A stretch of 64,000 nt of DNA, taken from the NCBI GenBank assembly GCA_035221665.1, contig CM069132.1:31062001-31126000 (forward strand), written 5' to 3'. Shown here piece by piece: positions 12,868 to 25,034 of the stretch. Source of the DNA: Okamejei kenojei (lineage: Eukaryota). Position numbers and translations under genes: made by a program. The stretch's first letter is position 1. Each line of letters begins with the position of its first letter. Under the pieces are notes generated by a model. It ran no database searches and was not told the DNA's origin. It saw only the letters and a list, made by a program, of their open reading frames with translations.

Positions 12868-15800
12868 TGTAGCGGGGACTCGCAGAATTCCAGCCAAGAA
12901 TCAGACAGGACATGAAGTTGCGTGATCAAACGGTATTTAATAAGTTAACGATACTGCTCCCTAATCCTCTCTGGGCACGGGCATTACTCAACCTCAAATA
13001 CCAAGGAAAAACCCCGTTACCTGCGCCTCCCAGACCGAGACTCTTAACTCCTCCCACCAGACCCGAGGGTTCGCTCTGCTCTGGGTTACCACCAGGTGCC
13101 GCCACATGACCCCCCCACAGAACCAGAGGCACCGATAGTCGGGACGCCGAACGAGGCGGCCAGATCGCGTAGATACGTCCCCACACACAGGGGACTTGCC
13201 CGGTCCGTATGAATTCAAGGGAACCCGGGACGGCGGACACCCGCGACGGGGAGGTTGAGCCACATGGACTGGCTCGCTCAGGTCCATATGGTCCAGCTTA
13301 AATCGAGCCACAAGTTTCTTGCTGGGCCGCCATGTCCAAAACAAATGTCGTGGGCCCGTGCCGCAGCACCCAAAAGGAACCTTTATAAGGGCGCTACAAG
13401 GGTGACCTGTGGGCATCGCGGAGCAAAGATGTTCGGACAGTCCACCAGCGCCGGTGGCACATGGAATGGGGCCATCCCATGACAAGACGTCGGGAGGGGA
13501 GACAGAGCACCGTACCGGGTTCCCTCTCCTGCAAGCGTACCAACACAGATGACGCCGGTTACCGGGACCCATCAGCAGCCAGGACAAACTCCCTGGGGAC
13601 GATAAGCGGAGCGCCATACACTAATTCTGCCAAGGACGATGACAAATCCTCTTTCGGGGCAGTCCAAATTCCCAACAGGACACATGGCAACTCGCTCATC
13701 CACTCAGGGCCCGTCCGGCGAGTCTTCAGGGCGTCCTTCAGACGACAGTGGAACCGCTCCAACAACCCATTCAACTGGGGAGGGTACGCTGTCGAATGGT
13801 GGAGCTGCGTCCCCAGCAGGCAGGCCATTGCGGTACACAGTTCAGAATTGAACTGGGCACCCCGGTCAGATGTGATGTCCAGTGGAACCCCGAAGCGGGC
13901 CACCCAATTAGCCACGAGGGCATGAGCGCACGACTGAGCGGACGTGTCCCTCTTGAAAGCATTCAGAGAACCAGCCTCCACCACCCTCTGAGGCAGAGAA
14001 TTCCACACACTCAAAATTCCTGTGTCAAAAACGTTTTCCTCATCTCCGTTCTAAATGGCCTACCACTTATTCTAAAACTATGGCCTCTAGTTCTGGAATT
14101 CCCCAACATTGGGAACATGTTTCCTGCCTCTAGCGTGTCCAAACCCTTAATAATGTTATATGTTTCAATAAGATCCTCTCTCATCCTAAATTCCAGAGCA
14201 TACAAGCCCAGACGCTCCAATCTATCAACATATATGACAGTCCCGCCATCCCAGAAATTAACCTTGTGAACCTATGCTGCTCTCCCTCAATTGCAAGAAT
14301 GTCCTTCCTCAAGTTTGGAGACTAAAACTGCACACAATACTCCAGGTTTAGTCTCACTAGGGCCCTGTACAACTACAGGAGGACCTCATAGCTCCTATAC
14401 ACGACGCGGCTGGTCCATGGACACATTGCACAGGATGGAACCACTCTAGGGGCCCAATGGCACATCCTCCAGCACCAAACCCGAGATCGCTGTGCGGTAC
14501 GCCGGCATCTCCTCGTCCGCCAGCTGCGCCGCAGCCAAGGCGGAGTAGTCTATTCCGGAGGCCGGACTGAGAACGGCTGCAATCACCGGGCGGGACAAGG
14601 CGTCCGCAACCAGGTTACATTTACTGGCAATGTGTCAGACGTCGGTGGTGAATTCTGAAATAGACATATCGTGGCGCTGCTGGCGTGCAGACCAAGGATC
14701 GGGGACCTTGATGAATGCAAAGATGAGGGGCTTATGGTCCAAAGGCCCGGCCCTTCAGGAAATACCGGAAGTGCAGCAGCGCGAGGTGCAAGGCGAGCAA
14801 TTCCCGGTCAAAAGCACTGTAACGTTGTTCTGCCGGGTTCAGCTGGTAGCAGAAAAAGCAAGAGGCCGCCATTGGCCGTTGAATGACTGTTCCTGAATGC
14901 TGCCGACCGCAGTGTCCGAGGCATCCACGGTAAGGGCTGTGGGGACATCGGCCTGCAGATGTACATGCAATGTCGCCCGAGCCAAGGCTGCCTTTGCCCC
15001 TTCAAACGCGGCCACCGTGACAGCGTCCCATTGTACCTCCCGCCGCTTGCCAGTCAACAACTGGAAGAGTGGCCGCATTATTTTAGCCTCCACCGGCACG
15101 AACCGTTGGTAGAACATCACCATAACCATGAATTCCTGGAGGTCCCACACTGTGGAAGGCCGCGGGAACTGGCGGATTGCCTCAACCGTCTGGTAGAGGC
15201 ACTGCTCCGTGCAGCATCACCCGATGGCCCAGAAAGTCGGTGGCACGGTGGCAGAACTAGCATTTGCTACGGTTATTAACCAGGCCGTGCTCACTGAGCC
15301 CCGAGCGCCGGTCCCAGACATATAGACGATGGATCTGCCGACTACCGCGGTGACTATCGAAGGCTGGCATCAGTGTTTCCCAGAAACGAACATGGCTGGC
15401 GGCATTGGCGGGCTGCTGAACCCCAGCATAGGTGGTAGAAACACCACATCCTTTTTCCTGGCTCCAGCAGCTTCGCGGAGCCTCTGGTGGGCATGGTCCT
15501 AGGCCGCTGTGTCGATGAGATCCAGCACACCCACTTCCTGCTGATTGGCCAGCCACAGCTCAGCGGCGCGTGCCACTAGGTTCAGAGCATCTTCAAAGCT
15601 CTCCCGAGAGCTGCAGGTGGATTTCGTGCGGCATTTGCTGCAGAAAGGTATACTCAAAGAGTAGGCAGGGTCGGTGGTTTCCCATGAGCGCGAGCATCTT
15701 GCTCATGAGGGCTGAGGGCTTCCGGTCGCCGAACCCGCCCATGTTGAGGACCTGCGCCACTTGCTCCAGGAGGCTCGGCTCGAAGATCCGGAGCAGCAGC

Positions 15801-16350
15801 TCCTCGAGGCATGTGTATTTTCTCTCCGCTGGCGGATTGTCCAGGTTAGGCACGACCCAACCAGCTGTTTCCTGGTCGAGAGCACTCACCATGTAATGTT
15901 AACGGGTCTCGTCGACCGCTACGCCACGAATATGAAACTGCGACTTGGCCTGTCGGAACCATAACTGCAGCTGCTAGGCCCAGAATGTAGGCAGCTTCAG
16001 GGCGACCGCTTTGAGTTGGGCCTTGTTGGCGGCCACGGCGGGTTGGGGGCTGGCGGGTTGCATTTTTTCTCTAAATGTTCTCCTCCAGAATTACACTTCT
16101 GGATGTCAGGGTCACAAATGTAGTGGGGACTCGCTGGAGTACAACCAAGAATTAGACAGGACATGAAGTTGCGTGATCAAACGGTATTTAATAAGTTAAC
16201 AGTGCTGCTCCCTACTCCTCTCTGGGCATTTTGTCGCCCGACCTTAAATACCCCCAAGGAAAGACCCAGTGACCACACCGGATCACTTAACTCCTCCCTC
16301 CAGAGCAGAGGGTTCGCTCTGCCCGTGGCCTACCACCAGGTGGCGCCACA
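12868..16350 (-). mobile_element. Gypsy/Ty3 LTR retrotransposon, internally deleted and degenerate
   Basis: TG...CA LTRs at 12868-13106 and 16119-16350. Degenerate tRNA-Trp-like PBS (TTTGTGACCCTGACAT on minus) next to the right LTR; G-rich PPT next to the left LTR. Gag (ALKLPTFW...MVSALD...GDRKPSALM), RT/RNase H (FYQRFVP, LTVDASDTAVG, WRPLAF) and integrase (FGVPLDITSDRGAQF, AYPPQLNGLLERFH). Confidence 0.92.
13947..14400 (-). mobile_element. CR1 fragment inserted in the Gypsy integrase
   Basis: RLGLYALEFR..DLIETYNIIKGLD, TRGHSFRI and WNSLP peptides interrupt the integrase coding sequence. Confidence 0.85.
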
Positions 16351-19300
16351 CCTTATGGATTTAAGCTATATCGATGGCCGATGATTCGTCAGAACGTTTG
16401 ATTTGATCTGATTTTTAGTCTCCGTAACGGTCGTTGCGGAGCTTCCCGAAGTTGACACAAAGGAATAAAGTTAGCGACTTGGTCCGTACGAAAGGTAAAC
16501 AAGAGCCAAATTGAAGATTGGCTCAGTTTCTTAGTTTTGATGACCAATTTATGTCCAAATTTTTTTTTTTTTAATTGATTTTAAAGTCGGAAAATATATC
16601 GTAATCAGTTGTTGTGTTTTTGACACCACGATGCTTTTTATATATTAAATTGGAAAGTAAGAAAAAATAATTAACTCACCCAAAAATCGCTACTACCAAA
16701 GGATACCTCGTTGTGTTTTTGATTGTCTTTTCTATGTTTTCTATGTTTCTATGGGTTATTGATTGGGGACGATCAGCCATGAGCGCAATGAATGGCGGTG
16801 CTGGCTCGAAGGGCCGAATGGCCTCCTCCTGCACCTATTTTCTATGGGGTTTCTATGAAAAGCATTAGAGGTTTGGAGCCTCCGTGATTTAACTTACGCA
16901 GGTACCGACCCCGATAACGGCTGTTGCGACAATGGACACCAAGCACAACGGCCGAAACGGGATCTTTACTTATTATCTTTATGTTACTGTATTTTTCATC
17001 TGGTAGTGATGAAGATATTTCCCTAGATCATTATGAAAACGTATATGTTTGAGAGGCCATTTGAAGTTGATTAATTAAATATTCATGACTAAATGTGGCA
17101 GCGTTTTTAATGTCACATTTTTGTTGTCCAAATTGGTGGTAAAACGATGTCTGTCATGAAACAGGTTTTTGACTTTCAGTCTTGAAGTTATTTAATTTAT
17201 ATCTGTTATTTATATGGTTTCACATGATGGGCAGATTTTTGTTAAGAACAGTGTATTGGTGTAAAAAAAATGAATAATAATCGTGTCCCTCAAAATCTCT
17301 CCAGTATTGTAAAAAGACACATATGCATATCTACACAAAAATGATTGAAAGTGAAACAAGTTATAGCTCCGAAAATAATCACAGCTGCAAATCAGAGACT
17401 AAAACAATTGAAATATTGTAATTTTAAAATAGTCTAAATTCGCAATACCTGCGTCCAACTGTAGAAGTCCAACTGTAGAATGATTTATGATCATGCATAT
17501 ATCCCTATTTATCTTTTCGGTTATGAAATATTTCCTGCAGAATTAATATACACAGATATAACTGACAAAAAACTTGTTCCATTTAAAAGTTGCAAGGAAT
17601 ATCCAATACTCAAACAATCAGGTAACATTTACACAAAAATAACTATTAGCATTAGGATTCTTACATTTGGGTACATATGTCCCCATATTTTTGAAATTAA
17701 ATTTGTTAATCAATGTATTCCGGCTAATTAAAGCAACATAACCATGAATTCTAAATTATTTTAAGAACACTAAAGAACACTAAAGAACACTTTAATTCAA
17801 CACTAAATAAAAAGAGCACCAATTGTGTGTATGCCCAGCAGAAAATGACTTCTGCAACCCAGATTTGTATATCATAGAAATACAAATCGCTCTCAAGCAA
17901 TAGCTTTTAAACAGTTATTAAACAATCATGTTTTTAAATGACTGTTTTCATAATGTTTTCCAAAATAGTCTTATCTCCCACATTCAGGTAAACAACTGGC
18001 ATTTCCACATCGGTCAAGACACAGAAAACAAACCTAGTCAGTACATAATATAATAAATGTTGAAATATTCAGGTGTAGAAACAAGCAAGTAATATGACTA
18101 GATGGCTATTTGAACTGCTATATAAGCATTACATTTGAATGTTTCCATTATTATCCTGAAACCATCTAAAATTGTATAAACCTTTTATAGCCATCAAATC
18201 ATATATGTTTAATTGTATGCATCACCAGTAAGCTTTGGTATGTAACCTTCGAAGATTACCATGACCAACAGAGCCTTGGGAGAACTTAACATTCTTGTTT
18301 AATTATACATTATTGCTGGTTTTCCAAGCTTCTCACAAATTTGCATATAGGGAACCTTTCTCCCAATATCAAGATAATTCAAGTCAATATATCATTGGTT
18401 TTGGCTCCCTTTTCTGAACGTTACAAGGAATGACACAGGTGTGTCTTCAATTTAAACTGGAAGAGGGCTGAATTTTTGATATTGGAATAAATAAGATTGT
18501 TGAAAAAAAATGTTTGTCTGCTCCCTATCACATATTGACAACAGTACATGAAGCTACTTAATAGATTTATGATTGATTTGTTTAGAAAATGTCTAATTGT
18601 TTGAATGCATTATAATTGATCTTTCCTTTGGCTTTCACCCACCAATTGTTAATTGTAATGTGCAGCCTCAAGTTGGACTTCAAAATGCAGATATGTGCAA
18701 CTCTCATTACCCTACACTCATGATTATACCAGAAGGATTCGCCGGTCCAATAAAAACAAAGTTGGTTGATTTTTGCTCACAAAGCAGTAACATGTGTGGC
18801 GCTGGTTAAGGAAGATGGGAGTTGGAGAAGGGAGAAGGGAGAAGAGAAAGAGAAAGGCAGGCAGGAGTCCTGCTTTGAATGTCACCAATAATACCTAATA
18901 CAAATATATTTATTGATTGAATGAGGGAAAATGGAATGCACACCAGGATTTAAATGTCTACATGCATGTTAGATTGAAGGAATATTGATGCCTGTAGATT
19001 TGTTCTCCTGAGACTAAACAGAAAAAAAGGAGCATCGGAATAAATATAGAAAATCAAAAATGGAGAAATTATTAGCTTCAGTCACGACTATTGCTTATCT
19101 GTTGATGGATCATGTGGGTTTCATCAAGTATATTTGTGTTTGGGGTTTTTGGTCAGGAGTTGGGGGCAGCAGGGAGAGGGGAAATGAGAAAATATATTGT
19201 TTAATTTCACTTCAGCTCGATTGTATGTAATTAAACAGAATAACGAAGACCATTACATAATCTATGGATTACAACTTATTTAGGTTATTGGTACTGAGAA

Positions 19301-19467
19301 TTTAAGGTCAATCAAAAAAAGCATGCAGATGTTAAAAATTAAAACAGATACATCAATGGAAAAAATGTACTTGGTTCTCATTAGTAGTGGTGTAATGCAG
19401 CAGTCCAAAATTAAAATTCAACATTCCCATCCTTCCATTATTCCCTTTATATACCCTTGACATGAAC

Positions 19468-19646
19468 TTAATGACGAGAATAGGCACTGCTTGCATTTGG
19501 TCCCCGGTTTAGATTGGATTTATAATCTGTTGAATAGCCCTTGTTTGAAGAATACAAAGCAGGGGTGGTAGAAGATTGGTACAAAGTGGAATCATGTGAT
19601 TGGCTCAGGTTTGTTGGCAAAGAATCCTGTTTCCAACCGTAAACAC
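19468..19646 (-). CDS. Terminal coding exon of the uncharacterised zinc-finger gene
   Basis: Acceptor TTTTATCTTTTTCAG; phase-1 start matches the preceding exon; GVYGWKQDSLPTN...SSAYSRH then TAA; AATAAA on minus at 18909-18914. Confidence 0.7.
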
Positions 19647-19839
19647 CTGAAAAAGATAAAAACAACATGTGCTGGTTTGGTTATAATAAAATAAATGGAC
19701 TTTGATTCTAGGTCTGAAAATTTCCAACACCTCCTATCATTAATTAAGCAATGTAGTATCAATTTCCACAAGTTGCATTTTCACCTCGATAGACAATGTG
19801 TAGAGTTGAATTTAAGCCAAGGCAAATTTATTGTTTCAA

Positions 19840-20578
19840 AGGTTTCAAAGGACTTTTATTGTCACATGTTCCAATTATGGTAAAGTGATATGCGAATTAC
19901 CATACAGCCATACGAGAAAAAAAAGCACCAAGACACACATAAAGGTTAAAGTAAACATCCACCACAGCGGATTCCCCACATTCCTCACTGATGGAAGGCA
20001 AAAAAGTCTAATCTTCTTCTTTATTCTCCCGCGGTTGGGGCAGTTGAAACACCCATCGGGGTGATCGAAGCGCCCGCAGCCAGCGGTTGAAGCCCCAGCA
20101 TCGGGGCTATCGAAACTCCCACGTCAGGGCAGTCATAACTCTCGCGCCATTGAGTTCCCGAAGTAGGTCTCTGACCAGAGAGCGTAGGCTCCGTGATGTT
20201 AGTCCGCAAGCACCCCTGGTGGGAGCTCCGAGGTCGACCCCTGGCAAAGGGATCGCAAGCTCTGCGATGGTAAGTCCGCAGTCGACCGCAGTGGAGCTTT
20301 CAAAAGTTGGTCTCCAGCAAAGGCCGCCAACTCCTCAATGTTAGGCCGCAGTGCGGATGGAGATACGGTACATTAAAAAAAAATTTTTTTTTTAAATAAA
20401 AAAAAAAAAAAAAATCGCATCTCCATCGTGGTACAAGATTAGAAAAAGTTTCCCCAAAACCCCCCCAGCCCCCCACATAAAACAAGCTAAAGAACACTAA
20501 AAACATACAGTTAACACATACAATTAAAACACAACAAAGGACACTGTTAGCGAGGCAGCCATTGCTGGTGCCACCCTA
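19840..20578 (-). mobile_element. Non-autonomous LINE-related (Rex1/L2-like) element, family X
   Basis: Homologous to 34180-34495 (minus) and 57350-57665 (plus). They share the TTGCCTTCCATC..CAGTGAGG hairpin block and an AATAAA plus short-repeat 3' tail. Confidence 0.6.
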
Positions 20579-23195
20579 TTACACCATTTCCAATAATTAT
20601 TATGTATGAACATCATCATTACAAATATTATCTGAAGTGTTGTGATCAAAACAATGGTAAAAAAGTATGTTTTTAAACAAACATCTTAAGAATCAAGTTA
20701 GTCATCTTCACTACTTCTCTGCCATTTAAAACTCTTTGAGGACACAAGTCTATTAATTGGGCAGCTTGAGAAAGTTACCATAAGAATGTGGTTCCACTTA
20801 CATAAAGTATCTTATATCCATACACAGGTCTGGGAGATCCAATTCTTGAATTAAGGATATCTATTCAATATATACTATATGAAGAATGTGATGAAAATAA
20901 ATGTCTTTACACTGACAACATTTATTGGAATCTAAACAAAATCTTTGCTCATTTACAGTTAGCATGAGAGAATAGTAACTGCAGCCCAGCTCCTATGGTT
21001 GCAATGACTAACAGCCCATGGAAACTGCAAGAATGTCCATATGGAGAATTTTCCTTAAGATTGGTTGAGGTGGTCAAAAACCCCAAGCATAATCAGGGTT
21101 TTCATTGACCAACACTTTCAATTGCATTTGGTCAACTAGCACATGAACAAGAAGAAAATACAAGAGAATGTGCTTTGAAATGGGATACAGTGTCAATATC
21201 AATTGGATGTACTGCAAAATTTGTGGACTTTAGGCAAAATTAAATAGAAAGGAGGGTTATGGTGCAAAGTGACCAATGCAGATGAATGGAGAATTTATAA
21301 TTGCTATACTGCTCTGCTGATCACTGCCATGCTGTTCACCAGGAAGAGCATCACAGCATAAGGGAACCAACCCCCACCATGGCGAGTATAGAACAACCAT
21401 CTAAACTGCTGCCTTTGAGGTGGAGGAAAGCATGGGGAACAGGGGGCACTCACGTGGTCTGAGCACTCTGCCCACCCAATGGTGTGCCCTGGTCAAGTGC
21501 TGTGCCACAAGTGGACTATCCCACCCAGGCACACATAACACATGCAGAATCGCAAAGGCTTTGCACATGAAAGGTTGCAAACAATGAAGTGGCTGCCACT
21601 GATGCAGATTTTATTATCCAGATCAGTACATAGGCTAATAGATGTTGTGTGCAACAATAGCCATCTCAAGATGCAGATCCTTTAATTGACATATCACTGT
21701 CGATCCTTGCATGGGCTTCTTATTATCCAACAAGTAATCAATGAAGATCAAAGGTTGTACCCAAAAGCTCCAATTTATTCCAGCTATATGGGAAATGTGC
21801 TTTATACAACCAGTGACATTAGTTTATTGTCACATGTACAGAGGTATAGTGAAAAGCTTTTCGTTGCATGCTATCTAGTCGGCAGAAAGGCAATACATGA
21901 TTTACAGTGCGTAGATACATGATAAGGGGATAATGTTTAGTGCAATGCAAAGCCAGCAAGGTTCGATGAAGGATAGTCCGAGGGTCACCAAATAAGTAGA
22001 TGGTAGTTCAGCACTGATCACTTGGTAGGATGATTCCATTGCCCGGAATCATTATGTGCATGGTTTCTATCACGTAAACGCCATCCATAAGGAAAACTGC
22101 ACACAGAAATGCCCTGACTGGTATTCCATCGGGTGTAATCTCATCCTGAAATGATCACTGGTAACACTAACAGAGATATTAATTGCTTTTGTGCACAATT
22201 TGCAAGGGCAAATCGAAGCGTACAAATCAATCCCATTTCCAGACTACATCAATCTCCCAGTTGAGAGAAACAAATTGGCAACATGATATGAACTTGTGAA
22301 CCATTTTGGAAAATTTGTTCCACTAGCTCAATGCTACCAGGTAACCGAATCCCAATTACTTTTCTCAAAGAGATTGTACCATGGACAAGATGATAAATGC
22401 TGCTGACAGCATTAAGTAAATGGCATTTGCTGATGTTTCTCAGATAGATGTTAAAGTTCAACATTGTGCATAAATCTCAAGACTAAGAAGAATTGGTCAA
22501 ACTTGTCCTCTTCCAAGAGATGGAGTATTTTGACAGCTATGCCTCAGCAAATGGAGAAAAGCACAGGAACATTTTTCCAATCAGCATTTTCTTTTGTTAA
22601 GGGCTTTTATACTTGCAATCGTTTGAAAATCTTCATGCAACTGAAATTGAAACCAGCAATGATTTTTTAAAACTCAAATAGTGCAGCCACACAATCTGAG
22701 TCAGAAGGAATGGGATTCCAATTACTTCAGGTAGTCTGATCCATCAATTTGAATGGCAATTGAAGAAAATCACAAATCTTGAATTTCCAATTGTCAGTTC
22801 CTCAACATTACAGAATACTATAAACACTTGGAATACAGTGTTAACAGGACTTTCCTGATGCAAGGTTGAGAATATATGTTCAAGAAAGCTAAACAAATCT
22901 GATATGGACCAGATGTTCTATATTATAGAAAAAGATAGTTTTCTTCCTTGACATAGAATAAAGTATTCTGGTAATGTCTATCTCAAGACTGTCTCTGGAT
23001 ATTGGGCAGCTGCATTCATATCGATCTCAATGATGGCAATGATGTCTATACAACAGCTAATGCTGCCTTTATGAGTTAAGTAATTTAGCCTCGGAACATT
23101 TGATCTATAAAAAAAATCTATGGATTCCAATTTAAGCAGTGCCAGATTTTGCATCTGGAATCACAGCTTCAAATCCACCAACAGAAACCATTCAT

Positions 23196-23291
23196 AGACA
23201 CAAAAAGCTGGAGTAACTCAGCAGGGCAGGCAACGTCTATGGAGAGAAGGAATGGGTGACGTTTCGGGTCGAGACCCTTCTTCAGACTGAA
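23196..23291 (-). mobile_element. Short Penelope-derived element (pLTR fragment)
   Basis: GACACAAAAAGCTGGAGTAACTCAGC...GGGTGACGTTTCGGGTCGAGACCCTTCTTCAGACTGA matches the Penelope 3' end at 50770-50870 in reverse. Confidence 0.8.
23255..23289 (-). ncRNA. Minimal type I hammerhead ribozyme motif (Penelope-type)
   Basis: Minus strand CAGT-CTGAAGA-A-GGGTC-TC-GACCC-GAAAC-GTC-ACC: intact CUGANGA, perfect stem II, GAAA, palindromic stem III and GUC cleavage triplet. Confidence 0.75.
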
Positions 23292-23800
23292 GCCATTCCC
23301 CAGGTATTTCAAATGTTGTGTTGGGTGTGGGTGCATAGAGAGTCAGCTAAACTGCAGCAGCACCTAGTAGGAGGGCCTTATGCCAATTTATGTCAAATGA
23401 TTTTTACAGATTGTGACATTCATTTCTGGGTCTTTGATCGAGGAAAGTAGAATGATGTGACAGAGAAAAGACACAGGTTTGAGTGGAATATTATGCACTC
23501 CAAAACAATCTCCTCATTTCAATGATTCCCAAGGTTTGACAATGCTAGCATATATATATATTGAGCAACTGTTGAGGTATCAAAGATCAGTTAAGCAAAG
23601 CCTGATCTTAAGGAGTTCTTTGGACATCAGGATCAAAGTGACTGCAAATGCCTAAAGTTGATGGTGGCGTTTCTCCAACAATTAGCATTGCCTGAAGGTA
23701 AAGATTAAATAGTTCATTCTTAAAACTTAATCCATAGATGGAAAGGCAAATTTTGCAGCTGGAAATTCAGCTCCAAATCTACCAATGTGCCCTGGTACAG

Positions 23801-24080
23801 CACAGCGGCATAGCTGGTAGAGCTGCTGCCTCACAGCACCAGAGATCTGCATTCAAAACTGACCTTGAATGCTGTTTTGTGCAGGGTTTGCACATTCTCC
23901 CTGTGACTGTGTGGGTTTCCTCAAGGATGCACGGGTATGTAGGTTAATTGTAAATTGCCCCTAGCATGTGCAGGGAGTAGATACGAAAGTGGAATAACAT
24001 AGAACTAATATGAACAGATGATTGTGGACTCAATGGGCTAAAAGGCCTGTTTTTGTATGTATCTTGCTGTATCTTTCAAT
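23801..24080 (+). mobile_element. HE1-like SINE, older copy
   Basis: GCGGCATAGCTGGTAGAGCTGCTGCCTCACAG head and GTTTGCACATTCTCCCTGTGAC core. Confidence 0.7.
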
Positions 24081-24586
24081 AAATCAATTATATATCTTGC
24101 TGTATCTTTCAATAAACCTTTGTGGATCTACGTGAGCCAGGAATGTATCCAGGGTTGCTAAAGCTGCAGCAACAAGATGATGTAGCTTGCGGCAAATGTC
24201 TCTGATGATGTCTGGAATCAACTAGTTGATCCTTAATCTACAAAACTACAGCGATACTTGTAAGATGAATAGAAGCTTGGATACAGAAAGGTACATCTTA
24301 GTAACAATTTCTGAAACAGGACGACAAACCAGATCACACCAAAGCACATTGACGTAGTCTGATGGTTTGTCGTTGATTGTTTTTTTTTTAAGAAACATGG
24401 CTTTGGGTATTGTCCTAATACAATTCCTGTCACCCTACTTACCAGAAAATCCAAATTGACTTCAGAAGACCCCGAGTGATCAACTGAAGTCAATGGAAAG
24501 ACCATCAATATGCTAACAGGTAACATGATTTGTATGATGTCATTTGTAAATAGAGATGCTGGTGATAATGTTGAAATCTGAATTAC

Positions 24587-24716
24587 CTCTGGAGCTTTCT
24601 GAGTCTCGCATCGCTGAAGTTGGTACATCAGGATTATATCTGGAATAGCCATCCAGCGCACCGATGGATCTGGATCCTGTAGTTCTCTGATCAAATGTTG
24701 CCATTATGGCTGGGTC
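24587..24716 (-). CDS. Internal exon (130 nt, phase 0 to 1) of the zinc-finger gene
   Basis: AAG acceptor and GTAATT donor; DPAIMATFDQRTTGSRSIGALDGYSRYNPDVPTSAMRDSESSRG; phases fit both neighbouring exons. Confidence 0.7.
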
Positions 24717-25034
24717 CTTTGAGGTTGGGCAAGGGAAAACATGTTTGAAATGGGATACAGCAAGAACTATATGTAGACACTGCTTGGTTAAAAACATGGC
24801 ACCATTTTTTTTTCTAAAGAAAAAAATCCAGTTTTTAGCTTATTTATTACAACTTAAGATATTCAAGACATGATAAGCTTATAGTAAATCAAGATTTTTT
24901 TCAATTGTCCATCATGTAACAATGGTAATCAATAAGATTAGAGTTAGGTATTTGAGTTTTCATGAAAAGCAGATGCACAATGATATTGATTTTCAAACTA
25001 TATTCAATAACTATGTTTCATTGAGAAAAAAGGC

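Noticed and set aside
17452-17791. Short tandem duplications (GTCCAACTGTAGAA twice; AAGAACACT-type unit three times)
   Set aside because: Ordinary replication-slippage repeats.
21360-23150. Possible ancient LINE (RTE-like) remnant with a 5' ribozyme
   Set aside because: Too degraded; no diagnostic RT motif or HDV-like fold could be supported.
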